Below, in pieces: positions 36,717 through 44,643 of a stretch of 63,975 nt of DNA (within the stretch, counting starts at the first letter, position 1; every line of letters starts with the position of its first letter). A program made the position numbers and the translations under genes. The stretch comes from an uncultured Thermomicrobiales bacterium (GTDB lineage: Bacteria > Chloroflexota > Chloroflexia > Thermomicrobiales > CADCWN01). The stretch spans positions 1 through 63,975 of the forward strand of contig CADCWN010000167.1 of assembly GCA_902806415.1 (NCBI GenBank). The letters are read 5' to 3'. The notes under the pieces were generated by a model. The model was not told the DNA's origin. It saw only the letters and a list, made by a program, of their open reading frames with translations, and did not search any database.

Positions 36717-36731
36717 CGGTGCTGCTTGGTG

Positions 36732-36771
36732 GGGCGCGGCGGCGCGGGTGCTTACCCGCGCCGCCGCGCCC
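36732..36771 (+). terminator. 18-bp perfect G/C hairpin downstream of the cupin gene
   Basis: GGGCGCGGCGGCGCGGGT-GCTT-ACCCGCGCCGCCGCGCCC followed by TTCGTCATC (weak U tract). Confidence 0.6.
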
Positions 36772-36897
36772 TTCGTCATCGGCTCGGAATTTGCGACGGG
36801 ACGACGGGTGGTGATGGGAAGTCTTACTCTGTGAGAGGCGCCCCCACTACCCTTTCAAGGGTCTTCATGAAGCATATGCGAGTGTAGGAGGCAAACG

Positions 36898-37644
36898 GTG
36901 GGTGAGATGATCGAATTCGCCGCGAACGGCGGCACCTGTCCGGGCTACCTGGTGCAGACCGAGAGCGAGGTCGCGCCGGGCGTGGTCGTGCTCCAGGAAT
37001 GGTGGGGGATCGAGGGCAGCAAGAGCGACATCAAGGAGATCGCCGAGCGCTTCGCGGCGGCGGGCTACACCGCGCTCGCCCCCGACCTCTATCACGGCGC
37101 GGTCGCCGAGGAGCCGGACGAGGCGGGCAAGCTGATGATGTCGCTGCGGATCGATCGGGCGGCGCAGGACTTGCGCGGGGCGATCGAGCATCTGCGCGGG
37201 CTGACCGGCAAGCCGGTCGGGATTGTCGGCTTCTGCATGGGCGGTGCGCTGGCCCTCTACGCCGCCTGCGAGAACCCGGAGGGGGTCGCGGCCTGCGTCG
37301 ATTTCTACGGCGGCTACCCGGGGATCGAGCCCGATCTCGCCGGGCTGCGCGCGCCGCTCCTCGGGCTCTTCGCTGAGAAGGATGGAAATGTGACGCCCCA
37401 GGTCGTCAAGGAACTCGACGAGCAGTTGACGACCCTCGGCAAGGCGCACGAGTTCACGATCTATCCCGGCGCGCAGCACGCCTTCTTCAACCATCTGCGC
37501 CCGGAGGTCCACGACCCGCAGGCGTCCGCCGATGCCTGGCGACAGATCAACGCCTGGTTCGAGCAATACCTCGGCTTCACCGAGCAGCAGCTGAACTCCG
37601 ACGAGCAGCTGAAGTCGGCCTACGACAGCGAAGACAAGGGCTGA
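36898..37644 (+). CDS. dienelactone hydrolase family protein
   Basis: ORF 36898..37644. Motifs GVVVLQEWWGI, GIVGFCMGGALAL (nucleophile elbow) and YPGAQHAF. Confidence 0.85.
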   Translation: MGEMIEFAANGGTCPGYLVQTESEVAPGVVVLQEWWGIEGSKSDIKEIAERFAAAGYTALAPDLYHGAVAEEPDEAGKLMMSLRIDRAAQDLRGAIEHLRGLTGKPVGIVGFCMGGALALYAACENPEGVAACVDFYGGYPGIEPDLAGLRAPLLGLFAEKDGNVTPQVVKELDEQLTTLGKAHEFTIYPGAQHAFFNHLRPEVHDPQASADAWRQINAWFEQYLGFTEQQLNSDEQLKSAYDSEDKG

Positions 37645-37683
37645 TCGCATCGTGGTGATCGCGTCCCCGGTGCGGTCTCGTCG

Positions 37684-38835
37684 ATGACCGCGAGTGTGGA
37701 GAGCCCCCCGCCGTTGCACGCAGCGGCGGGGGGGCGGCAATCTGATCTCCGCTCGGCGCTCCTGACGATGCTGATCGCCAAGGTGCTAACCCTCGGTGTG
37801 GGCGCGATCGGCTACCAAATCCTCACCGACACACTGCTGCCCACCCCGCGCGCGTGGCTGGCGATCTGGAACCTCTGGGACGCCCCGCACTATCTCGATC
37901 TGGCACGCTATGGCTATGAGGCGACCGGCGAGCGCGCGAACTGGCTTGTGTTCTACCCCCTCTTCCCCTGGTTAACGCGCCTGGTCGGCCTGCCGCTCGG
38001 CGATTACCTCATCGGGGCGTTCATCGTCTCGACGGTCGCCTCGTTCGTCGCCGCGACCCTGCTCTATCGCCTGGTGCGCCTCGATCACGACGCTGAGGTG
38101 GCGAACCGCGCGATCTGGTTCTTCGCGATCTTCCCGACCGCCTACATCCTCCACATCGGCTACACCGAGAGCCTGTTCATCGCGCTAGTGCTGGGGTGCT
38201 TCCTAGCGGCGCGGCATGACCGCTGGGCGCTGGCCGGTGTGCTCGGCGCGCTCGCCTGCCTCACGCGCGTCAACGGGCTGCTGCTCGTCCCGGCGCTGGC
38301 GATCGAACCGGCCCTGCACCTCTGGCGCGCGCGCCGCTTCGACCCGCGCTGGCTCTGGCTCGCCACGATCCCGCTCGGCTTTGTCGGCTATCTGATCCTG
38401 AACTACCGCGTGACCGGCGACCCGTTCGCCTTCCTGACGATCACGCGCGAGCGCTGGTACAAGAGTTTCGCGCCGCCGTGGGTGGGGATCGTGGCGCTGT
38501 TCGAGGGGCTCGTCTGGCGACCGCCGTTCGAGATCTGGACGGTAATCTGGCAGCAGGCGCTGTTCATCGCGATCGGCGCGGTCGGCGCGGTCGCGGCGTG
38601 GCGCTGGCTGCGACCCTCCTATGCCGTCTGGGTCGGGCTGAATCTGCTGCTGTTCACCAGCACCTCGTTCATCCTCAGCGCGCCGCGCTACAGCCTGATC
38701 CTCTTCCCGCTGCCAATCTTGTTCGCCCTGCTCGCGCGCCGCCCGACCTGGCAGACAGCGCTCACCGCCTGGTCGCTCATCCTGCTGGCGACTCTGGCGC
38801 TCCTCTTCCTGATGCAGGTCGGGATGGCCTACTGA
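37684..38835 (+). CDS. polytopic membrane protein, PIG-V/mannosyltransferase-like (GT-C)
   Basis: ORF 37684..38835. About 9 TM helices and the motif WDAPHYLDLARYGY..WLVFYPLFPW. The family name is from memory. Confidence 0.65.
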   Translation: MTASVESPPPLHAAAGGRQSDLRSALLTMLIAKVLTLGVGAIGYQILTDTLLPTPRAWLAIWNLWDAPHYLDLARYGYEATGERANWLVFYPLFPWLTRLVGLPLGDYLIGAFIVSTVASFVAATLLYRLVRLDHDAEVANRAIWFFAIFPTAYILHIGYTESLFIALVLGCFLAARHDRWALAGVLGALACLTRVNGLLLVPALAIEPALHLWRARRFDPRWLWLATIPLGFVGYLILNYRVTGDPFAFLTITRERWYKSFAPPWVGIVALFEGLVWRPPFEIWTVIWQQALFIAIGAVGAVAAWRWLRPSYAVWVGLNLLLFTSTSFILSAPRYSLILFPLPILFALLARRPTWQTALTAWSLILLATLALLFLMQVGMAY

Positions 38836-38836
38836 G

Positions 38837-39673
38837 TCACCGACCTGGTGGGCCTCGGCGGATGGCGTCGCGCGGCTTCGCCAGGGTGCTATTCCAGGGA
38901 TCGAAGCCTTCGATCCACCAGGTTGCCCCGGCCGCGGCCAGTGCCGTGGGCAACTCCGCCCCTCGCGCGTAGTCCTCGCCGACCGCGCGCCCGGTGACGA
39001 CGAGATCGAGCGGGTCGGCGGCGTCGCGGTACGCGGTCATGTACTCGCCGATGGCGCGGGCGTCGGCGACGGTGACCTGAGCGAAGATCCCGCCCGCGCC
39101 CATCTTGATCGGGAAATAGCCATCCCAACGGGCGGCGCGGCGCACTGGCGGCTTGTTCGGCCAGACCCCCGCTACCCAGATCGGGATGCGCGGCGATTGC
39201 ACTGGCGTGGGTAGGAAGGTGACGTTGTCCACGCGGAAGTGTTCGCCGTCATAGCTGAACGGTTGCCCAGCCCAGAGGCCAACCAGGATCGCCAGCCCCT
39301 CGTCGAGTCGCCGAGCGCGGGTTTTGGCGTCGATCGCCTCGCCGAACGGGGCGAAATCAGCCTCCACCGGGTCGCCGAGTCCGACGCCGAGGATCAGGCG
39401 ACCCCCGGAAAGGTGATCGAGAGAGGCGGTCTCGCGGGCGAGCTTCCAGGGGCGGCGGCGGGCGACCGGCGTCACGAGCGGCCCGAGGCGGACGCGCTCG
39501 GTCGCCAGGGCGATCGCCGTGAGCGCGACCCATGGATCGACGATCGGCATATCCAACCCCTTCCAGAAGAGGAGATGGTCCCAGATGAAGAAACCATCCC
39601 AGCCGGTCGCTTCGGCTTCGCGGGCAAGTTCGGCCAGGAGCCGACAGTCACCATACTCGCCGAAGTTGGGCAT
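38837..39673 (-). CDS. LLM-class (luciferase-like) flavin/F420-dependent oxidoreductase
   Basis: ORF 38837..40015, started at MPNFGEYGD (ATG 39673). Motifs GWDGFFIWDHLLF, LATERVRLGPLVTP and LDHLSGGRLILGVGLG. Confidence 0.8.
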   Translation of the reverse strand: MPNFGEYGDCRLLAELAREAEATGWDGFFIWDHLLFWKGLDMPIVDPWVALTAIALATERVRLGPLVTPVARRRPWKLARETASLDHLSGGRLILGVGLGDPVEADFAPFGEAIDAKTRARRLDEGLAILVGLWAGQPFSYDGEHFRVDNVTFLPTPVQSPRIPIWVAGVWPNKPPVRRAARWDGYFPIKMGAGGIFAQVTVADARAIGEYMTAYRDAADPLDLVVTGRAVGEDYARGAELPTALAAAGATWWIEGFDPWNSTLAKPRDAIRRGPPGR

Positions 39674-39803
39674 GCTGACCCCGTAGCGCACCCTGCTCTC
39701 CCTTTCCCATCGCCACGAGCACCCGCCCACTATAGCGGGGGCGGGTGCTCGCCGCGCTGTACGACCCGCCCCCGCCAGTCTGTACCTGGCAGCGGATCCA
39801 ACA

Positions 39804-40049
39804 TTATCCGCGCGCCAGCGCCGCGCGCACGTCGGCGACCATCGGCTCGCGCCCCGCTTGCCTGTGCGAGACCAGCAGCGCGCCGCCCAGGTAGAGCGCG
39901 AAGTCGCCGTCAGGGGTCGGGATGAGCGCGAGGGCGTCGATCGCCTCGTCGAACTGCGCGAAGAGTCGCCGGGCGAGCGCCAGGGCGGCATCCTCGAAGC
40001 CGCCAGCGGGGTCATAGCGGATGGCGAGGTCGAGCGGGCTGGCCGTCAT
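39804..40049 (-). CDS. small Rdx (SelW/SelT/SelH)-fold-like protein lacking the CxxC/CxxU motif
   Basis: ORF 39804..40181, started at MTASPLDL (ATG 40049, an ATGA overlap with the Rieske stop). LAIRYDPAGGF...ALALIPTPDGDFALYLGGALLVSHRQAGREP aligns by eye with the Rdx pattern IEYCxxC...L.P...G.F.V..DG.L...K...G.FP. Asp and Gly sit at the two Cys positions. Confidence 0.45.
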   Translation of the reverse strand: MTASPLDLAIRYDPAGGFEDAALALARRLFAQFDEAIDALALIPTPDGDFALYLGGALLVSHRQAGREPMVADVRAALARG

Positions 40050-40426
40050 CAGTCCGCAGCGGCGGGGCGCTCGGCGCCGATTGTGACCGCGATCTCGCCG
40101 TCCACCACCTCGACCGCGTAGGTGACGATGCGGACATTCTCGTCGAAGACCGAGCGCCCGGTGGTGATGTCGTACTCCCACTCGTGCCAGGGGCAGCGGA
40201 GGATGCGGCCTTCCAGGCCGTACTTGAACTCGTAGACCTCCGATGGCAGCGTCGTCCCGACGATCCGCCCGAGGCAGACGCGCGCGCCCTGATGGGGGCA
40301 GACGTTCTTCAACGCATAGAAGCGATCGTCGAGGTTAAAGATGCCGACCTCGCGCCCTTCGAGGCGGACGATCTTCCGCCCGCCGTGCGGGATGTCTTCG
40401 ACGCGCGCCACGATATGTCTCGCCAT
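40049..40426 (-). CDS. Rieske [2Fe-2S] domain protein (ferredoxin-type)
   Basis: ORF 40049..40426. The cluster ligands are CPHQG and CPWHEW. Confidence 0.85.
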   Translation of the reverse strand: MARHIVARVEDIPHGGRKIVRLEGREVGIFNLDDRFYALKNVCPHQGARVCLGRIVGTTLPSEVYEFKYGLEGRILRCPWHEWEYDITTGRSVFDENVRIVTYAVEVVDGEIAVTIGAERPAAAD

Positions 40427-40444
40427 CGCTCCTCTCTTCGCCCG

Positions 40445-41230
40445 TCAGGCGGGCAGGCCGCTCAGGAACTCGTCGATCAGTCGGTTGAACTGCGCGGGAC
40501 GCTCGAAGTAGACCGAGTGTCCCGCCTCCGGCACCCGCGCAAACCGGCCGTTGGGAAAGAGTGTCGCGGCATACTCGACCGCCGCCGGGGGGATGACGAT
40601 GTCTTCTTCGCCGGTGAGGCAGAGGATCGGCATCGTCAGCGCCACGATCGCCTCGGCGGGGACACAACGCAGGCGCAACAATTCCGCGCGCACCCCCTGC
40701 TTGTCGAGGCCGAAGCTGAGGCCGTCGATCTGACGGTAGAGATGGTGCAGCGCCGGTTGCTCGCGCGCCATCCGCGCCCCCGCCGCCGGGTGGATCCCGC
40801 GCGCGAACAGTTCCGCCTCGCTACCGGGCCCGGCGGCGAAAAGGCGGTCGAGTTCGGGCGTGGCGAGCGAGCCGACCGTGCAGGCCAGGATCAGGCCGCG
40901 CACCCGCTCGGGGTGCCGCAAGGTGTAGTCGAGACAGGTCCAGCCGCCCATCGACTGCGCGACGAGGCGCACATTTGTCAAGCCTAAGTGCTCGATCAGC
41001 GCGGCGAGATCGTCGGCGAAGGCGCGCGGGCCGGGGCCGTCGGGCGCGTCGGTCGAGGGCGCGAAGCCGCGATGCGCGAAGGTCACGCAGGTGTAGCGGT
41101 CGCGGAAGTGCGGCACCTGCTGCCACCAGGAGAGGTGGTTCCCCCCGAGCCCGTGCGCGAAGATCAGCGCCGGGCCGTCGCCGGTCACGTCATAGAAGAG
41201 GTCGGCCTCGTTGTGGCGCAGGATCGGCAT
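40445..41230 (-). CDS. alpha/beta hydrolase
   Basis: ORF 40445..41458, started at MPILRHNEADLFYDV (ATG 41230). Motifs IFAHGLGGN and LVAQSMGGW (GxSxG), with HSVYFE near the C-terminus. Confidence 0.85.
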   Translation of the reverse strand: MPILRHNEADLFYDVTGDGPALIFAHGLGGNHLSWWQQVPHFRDRYTCVTFAHRGFAPSTDAPDGPGPRAFADDLAALIEHLGLTNVRLVAQSMGGWTCLDYTLRHPERVRGLILACTVGSLATPELDRLFAAGPGSEAELFARGIHPAAGARMAREQPALHHLYRQIDGLSFGLDKQGVRAELLRLRCVPAEAIVALTMPILCLTGEEDIVIPPAAVEYAATLFPNGRFARVPEAGHSVYFERPAQFNRLIDEFLSGLPA

Positions 41231-41243
41231 GGTTGGCTCCGGG

Positions 41244-41265
41244 GTCGAAGGTCGAAGGTCGAAAG
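41244..41265. repeat. single heptamer array (GTCGAAG)x2(GTCGAAA)G with no complementary arm nearby
   Basis: Lies 13 nt upstream of the hydrolase ATG (minus strand). Same unit as 6884 and 23419. Confidence 0.8.
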
Positions 41266-41336
41266 TTAAATAGGTGACGGCTTCCCGGGTGTCCGATTCT
41301 GGGGGCAGGGTACGGGTTACGCAGGCGTGGTGTACA

Positions 41337-41464
41337 GGCAGGGTGGTCGGGTGTAGGGGCGTATTGCATACGCCCGTCCCACGCCGGGGATGTTCACAGA
41401 CGTTTGGAGTAGAGCGAGGCGGAGAGGGCGTATGCAATACGCCCCTACACCCGACCACCCTGCC
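41337..41464. repeat. perfect 39-bp inverted repeat with a nested palindrome in each arm
   Basis: 41337..41375 (GGCAGGGTGGTCGGGTGTAGGGGCGTATTGCATACGCCC) is the exact reverse complement of 41426..41464, with a 50-nt spacer. Each arm ends in the 8-bp hairpin GGGCGTAT-TGC-ATACGCCC. All 39 pairs were checked by hand. Confidence 0.95.
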
Positions 41465-41528
41465 CGACCCCCGCCGTTAATTATTCCCGCCCCCTCCGTG
41501 TCTCCGTGCCTCCTCTTCCATTCCCCGT

Positions 41529-42713
41529 TCACGACTCGCGACTCCCTAGCCGCTCGCCGTACAAGGCGCGGGCGTTATCGGTCATGATGCGCTGGCGCAG
41601 CCGGTCGGGGATCGCGTCGAGCATCTCGGCGGGGTCGCCCGCCTCCCAGTGGGGGTAGTTGCCGGCGAACAGGAGACGGTGCTCGGCGTCGATCATGTCG
41701 AAGATCTGCGCGAAGTGGGCCGGATCGGGCGCGGCTTCCAGGGGGTAGGTCGTCGAATAGAAATGTTCGAGGATATAGGTGCTCGGCGGGCGCTTGACCC
41801 ACGGCGTCTCCGCGCGCTGCGCCTTCCAGTTCTTGTCGAAGCGCCACATGATGTGGGGCAGCCAGAAGACCCCGCCCTCGTGCAGGATCACCTTGAGGGT
41901 GGGGAACTTCTCGAAGACCCCCTCGGTGATCATGCTCATGATGTGGGCCATGTAGCTCTGCGGCAGTGAGCCGGACCACTCCAGGTAGGTGCTCGGGTGG
42001 CCGACCGCCGTGGCAGGCGGCGACATCCCCGCGCCCTCGCCGCCGAAGTGCAGGGCGAGGGGCAGCCCGTGCCGGGCGCACGCCTCGTAGATCGGGTGGT
42101 ACTGGCGACGACCGAGCGGCGACTCGGTCGCGCTGGGCAGCAGCACCTGCACCACGCCCGACTGATCGGCCAGCCGATCGATCTCCGCCACCGCCTGCAC
42201 CGGGTCCTGCGGGGCGACGAGGATCGAGGCGCGGTAGCAATCGAACGGGCGCACCCAGGTATCGAGGAGCCAGTCGTTGTGCGCCCGCGCGAGGGTCGCG
42301 GCCATGTCGATATTCGGCTGCACGCCGAGGCTGGTGAGATCGCTGGTGAGGATCGCCAGCTCGATCCCGCGGGGGTCGAGATACTGTTCCTTCACCCAGC
42401 GCGGATCACCCGCCGGCTGGCCGACGCGCCCATCCGGCCCGCCCGGCAGCGGCGCGACACCGTAGGCCGTGCCGACCGGCTTGAAGCCGTGCCGGGCCAT
42501 CGGCGGTCCGCCGGTGCGCGCCACGCGGTGCCGCAACCCCTCCGGCGCGTAGGCCGCGAGCGCCTGCCAGTCGGTGATCTGCGGGTGCAGATCCACATCG
42601 ATCGAAGTCGGAACGGGGAACGGGGAACGGGGAATGGCGCTCACAGGCTGTTCCTGCGCTACTGCCGTTCCGCTCCCCCGTTCCCCGTTCCCCATTCCGC
42701 GTTCCCCGTTCAT
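41529..42713 (-). CDS. amidohydrolase-2 family protein (ACMSD/LigW-type decarboxylase or hydrolase), paralog B
   Basis: ORF 41529..42947. The conserved core starts at SIDVDLHPQ (metal-binding D-x-H) and runs parallel to paralog A. In-frame starts are ATG 42713 (ATGA overlap with the paralog A stop), ATG 42695 and GTG 42644. All three lie inside the heptamer hairpin element. Confidence 0.8.
   Translation of the reverse strand: MNGERGMGNGERGSGTAVAQEQPVSAIPRSPFPVPTSIDVDLHPQITDWQALAAYAPEGLRHRVARTGGPPMARHGFKPVGTAYGVAPLPGGPDGRVGQPAGDPRWVKEQYLDPRGIELAILTSDLTSLGVQPNIDMAATLARAHNDWLLDTWVRPFDCYRASILVAPQDPVQAVAEIDRLADQSGVVQVLLPSATESPLGRRQYHPIYEACARHGLPLALHFGGEGAGMSPPATAVGHPSTYLEWSGSLPQSYMAHIMSMITEGVFEKFPTLKVILHEGGVFWLPHIMWRFDKNWKAQRAETPWVKRPPSTYILEHFYSTTYPLEAAPDPAHFAQIFDMIDAEHRLLFAGNYPHWEAGDPAEMLDAIPDRLRQRIMTDNARALYGERLGSRES
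42609..42711 (-). repeat. heptamer-array inverted repeat of GAACGGG/CCCCGTT units between the two amidohydrolase paralogs
   Basis: 42610..42632 pairs with 42676..42698 (23 bp). The only non-Watson-Crick position is a G-U in the minus (sense) RNA and a C-A clash in plus-strand RNA. The array begins within the stop codon of paralog A (TGAACGGGGAACGCGGAATGGGG...). Confidence 0.85.
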
Positions 42714-43843
42714 CGCGCGCTCGGCGCGAGCAGGCGCGGGCCGTACATCTCCAAGGCGTTCTCGACGAAGACGCGGCACTTGAGCTCCTTGGGGAAGTGG
42801 GCGAAGGCGAGGATTGGATTGTCGAAGTCCCAGTGCGGGTAGTCGCTGGCGAAGACGACCGTCTTCTCCGCGTGCAGCATCGCGAGGAGTTGGAGGAGTT
42901 GCTTGTGGTCGTCCGGCTCCTCGATCGGCTGCGTGCTGAAGTAGCAATTGCTGATGATGTACTCGCTCGGCGGGCGCTTCAGCCAGGGGGTCTCGGCCTT
43001 CAACTGCGGATAGAGGCGATCTAACCGGCCCATGACGTACGGTGCCCAGCAGACGCCCCCCTCGATGAAGGCGAACTTCAGCGTCGGGAACCGCTCGAAA
43101 ACCCCCTCGGTGACGAGGCTGACGCAGTGCGCCATCATCGTCTGCGAGTGGTCAGTGTGGAATTCGAGATAGGTGCTCGGGTAGCCGACGCCGGTCGGGG
43201 GGTTGGCGATCCCGGTCCCCTCAGCGCCGACGTGGATCGCGACCGGCAAGTCGTACTGCACCGCCGCCTCGTAGAGCGGCCAGTAGCAGACATTGCCGTA
43301 AGGGATCCGGGCGGCGGAGGCGAGCAGAACCTGCACCATGCCGGGATCATCGCCAAGGCGATGAATCTCGCGGGCGGCGGCGGCGGCATCCTGCGGGGTG
43401 ACGAGGATCGAGCCCTTGAAGCAGCCGTAAGGCCGGACCCACTTCTCCAGCGTCCAATCGTTGTAGGCGCTGGCGAGGGCGGCGAGGAAGCGCGCGTTGT
43501 GATCGACGCTGATCGCCCCGGTCAGCCCGCCGGTCAGCACGCCGAGGTCGATCCGGTACTTCACCATCAGCTGCCCGATCGTCCAGTCGGGGTCGCCGGC
43601 GCAGAGCCCGTCCTCCTCGCGCACGGCGTCGTCCATCCGCCCGGAGCCGGTGTTGGCGTAGTAGCGCGCGGCGAACTTCGGCCCCCCGTTGTCGAGATAG
43701 GGGTGCCACTCGCGCGCCAGGAACGGGCGCAATTCCTGGAGGCTCGGCAGATCGTTGTGGATATCGGTGTCGATCAGCCGCAGCGTGGCGGGATCGAGCG
43801 ATTCCGTCAGCGGTCGGGTGTGGAGATCGGTCGCGATCGCCAT
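42710..43843 (-). CDS. amidohydrolase-2 family protein, paralog A
   Basis: ORF 42710..43843, 377 aa. Motifs LIDTDIHND, AIHVGAEG, FIEGG and ASDYPHWD. Confidence 0.85.
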   Translation of the reverse strand: MAIATDLHTRPLTESLDPATLRLIDTDIHNDLPSLQELRPFLAREWHPYLDNGGPKFAARYYANTGSGRMDDAVREEDGLCAGDPDWTIGQLMVKYRIDLGVLTGGLTGAISVDHNARFLAALASAYNDWTLEKWVRPYGCFKGSILVTPQDAAAAAREIHRLGDDPGMVQVLLASAARIPYGNVCYWPLYEAAVQYDLPVAIHVGAEGTGIANPPTGVGYPSTYLEFHTDHSQTMMAHCVSLVTEGVFERFPTLKFAFIEGGVCWAPYVMGRLDRLYPQLKAETPWLKRPPSEYIISNCYFSTQPIEEPDDHKQLLQLLAMLHAEKTVVFASDYPHWDFDNPILAFAHFPKELKCRVFVENALEMYGPRLLAPSAR

Positions 43844-43972
43844 CGTCGGATCCTCCTTACTCGGCAGCGCGAAGGTCGCACGTCGCAGGCGTCGGCGTGG
43901 CCGGTGGGGCTAGGGCGGCGCGCACCCATCGTACCCGAGATGGCGATGGGGGTCTAGTCGCGCCCGTGCCAT

Positions 43973-44530
43973 TTACTCGACGGGCTTCGTCGGGTCGCTG
44001 TGCCCGCCCTCCTCGACGCGCGCGAGGATGAAGAGGAGGTCCGAGGCGCGATTGAGGAAGCGGAGGACTTCGGCATTGGCGATCGTGCCGTCGTGGAGGA
44101 GGCGCGCGGCGTCGCGCTCGCCGCGCCGGACGATCGTGCGCGCGAGGTCGAGCGCCGCCCCGGCGACGGTCGCGCCGGGGATGATGAACTGGTTGCCAAT
44201 TTGTACACGCGCTCTAAATTCTTCGAGGGTTGTGTCGAGTTTGGCGACGTGCACGGCGGTGACCCGCAACCCCATCTGCTCGTAGTTCTCGGGCGGGGTC
44301 GCCAGCTCGCCCATCAGCAGATAGAGGTCGCGCTGGAGGGCGTGGATCGCGTCGGCGAGGTCGGTGGCGGTCACCTGGGCGCGGGCGAGGCCGAGCGCGG
44401 AGGTCGCCTCGTCGATCGTCCCGATCGTCTCCATCCGCGGGTCCCACTTCGGCACGCGGCCCGCGCCGAGCAGGCCGGTGTAGCCGTCGTCGCCGGTGCG
44501 GGTGGTGACTTTCGCGCTCCGCTCGGTCAT
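43973..44530 (-). CDS. PduO-type ATP:cob(I)alamin adenosyltransferase
   Basis: ORF 43973..44626, started at MTERSAKVTTRTGDDGYTGL (ATG 44530). The upstream part of the ORF is the heptamer element. Confidence 0.85.
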   Translation of the reverse strand: MTERSAKVTTRTGDDGYTGLLGAGRVPKWDPRMETIGTIDEATSALGLARAQVTATDLADAIHALQRDLYLLMGELATPPENYEQMGLRVTAVHVAKLDTTLEEFRARVQIGNQFIIPGATVAGAALDLARTIVRRGERDAARLLHDGTIANAEVLRFLNRASDLLFILARVEEGGHSDPTKPVE

Positions 44531-44542
44531 CGTCGCTCCCTG

Positions 44543-44643
44543 TTCAGTCGTGAGTCGTGAGAGGGTCTGCTCCAGCATGGTGCCTGCCTGCGGGCGCAGC
44601 ATCCTATCGAGCCACTCACGACTCACGACTCACGACTGACGAC
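44543..44643 (-). repeat. heptamer-array inverted repeat (AGTCGTG)x2 versus (CACGACT)x3-4 between fabI and the adenosyltransferase gene
   Basis: An 18-bp perfect stem in one register (44543..44560 with 44621..44638) and a 16-bp alternative one unit away. In the sense direction the array starts with TAGTCGT, which contains the fabI stop codon TAG (44643..44645). Confidence 0.85.

Noticed and set aside
39804-40049. Hidden selenoprotein (in-frame TGA) in the Rdx-like gene or elsewhere in the window, given selC
   Set aside because: The TGA at the Y-D codons is out of frame. I found no pair of same-frame ORF pieces separated by a single TGA with a downstream hairpin in this window. The split genes I found are true frameshifts.
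41337-41464. 39-bp inverted repeat as a MITE with target-site duplication
   Set aside because: The flanks (…TGTACA | … | CGACCC…) show no direct duplication, and only one copy is visible in the window. I kept it as a finding but not as a called mobile element.
41274-41587. ORFs 41274..41480(+), 41390..41587(+), 41317..41532(-) and the N-terminal extension of ORF 40445..41458
   Set aside because: They are read-throughs of the 39-bp inverted repeat, and mirror-image peptides arise on both strands. The real alpha/beta hydrolase starts at MPILRHNE (41230).
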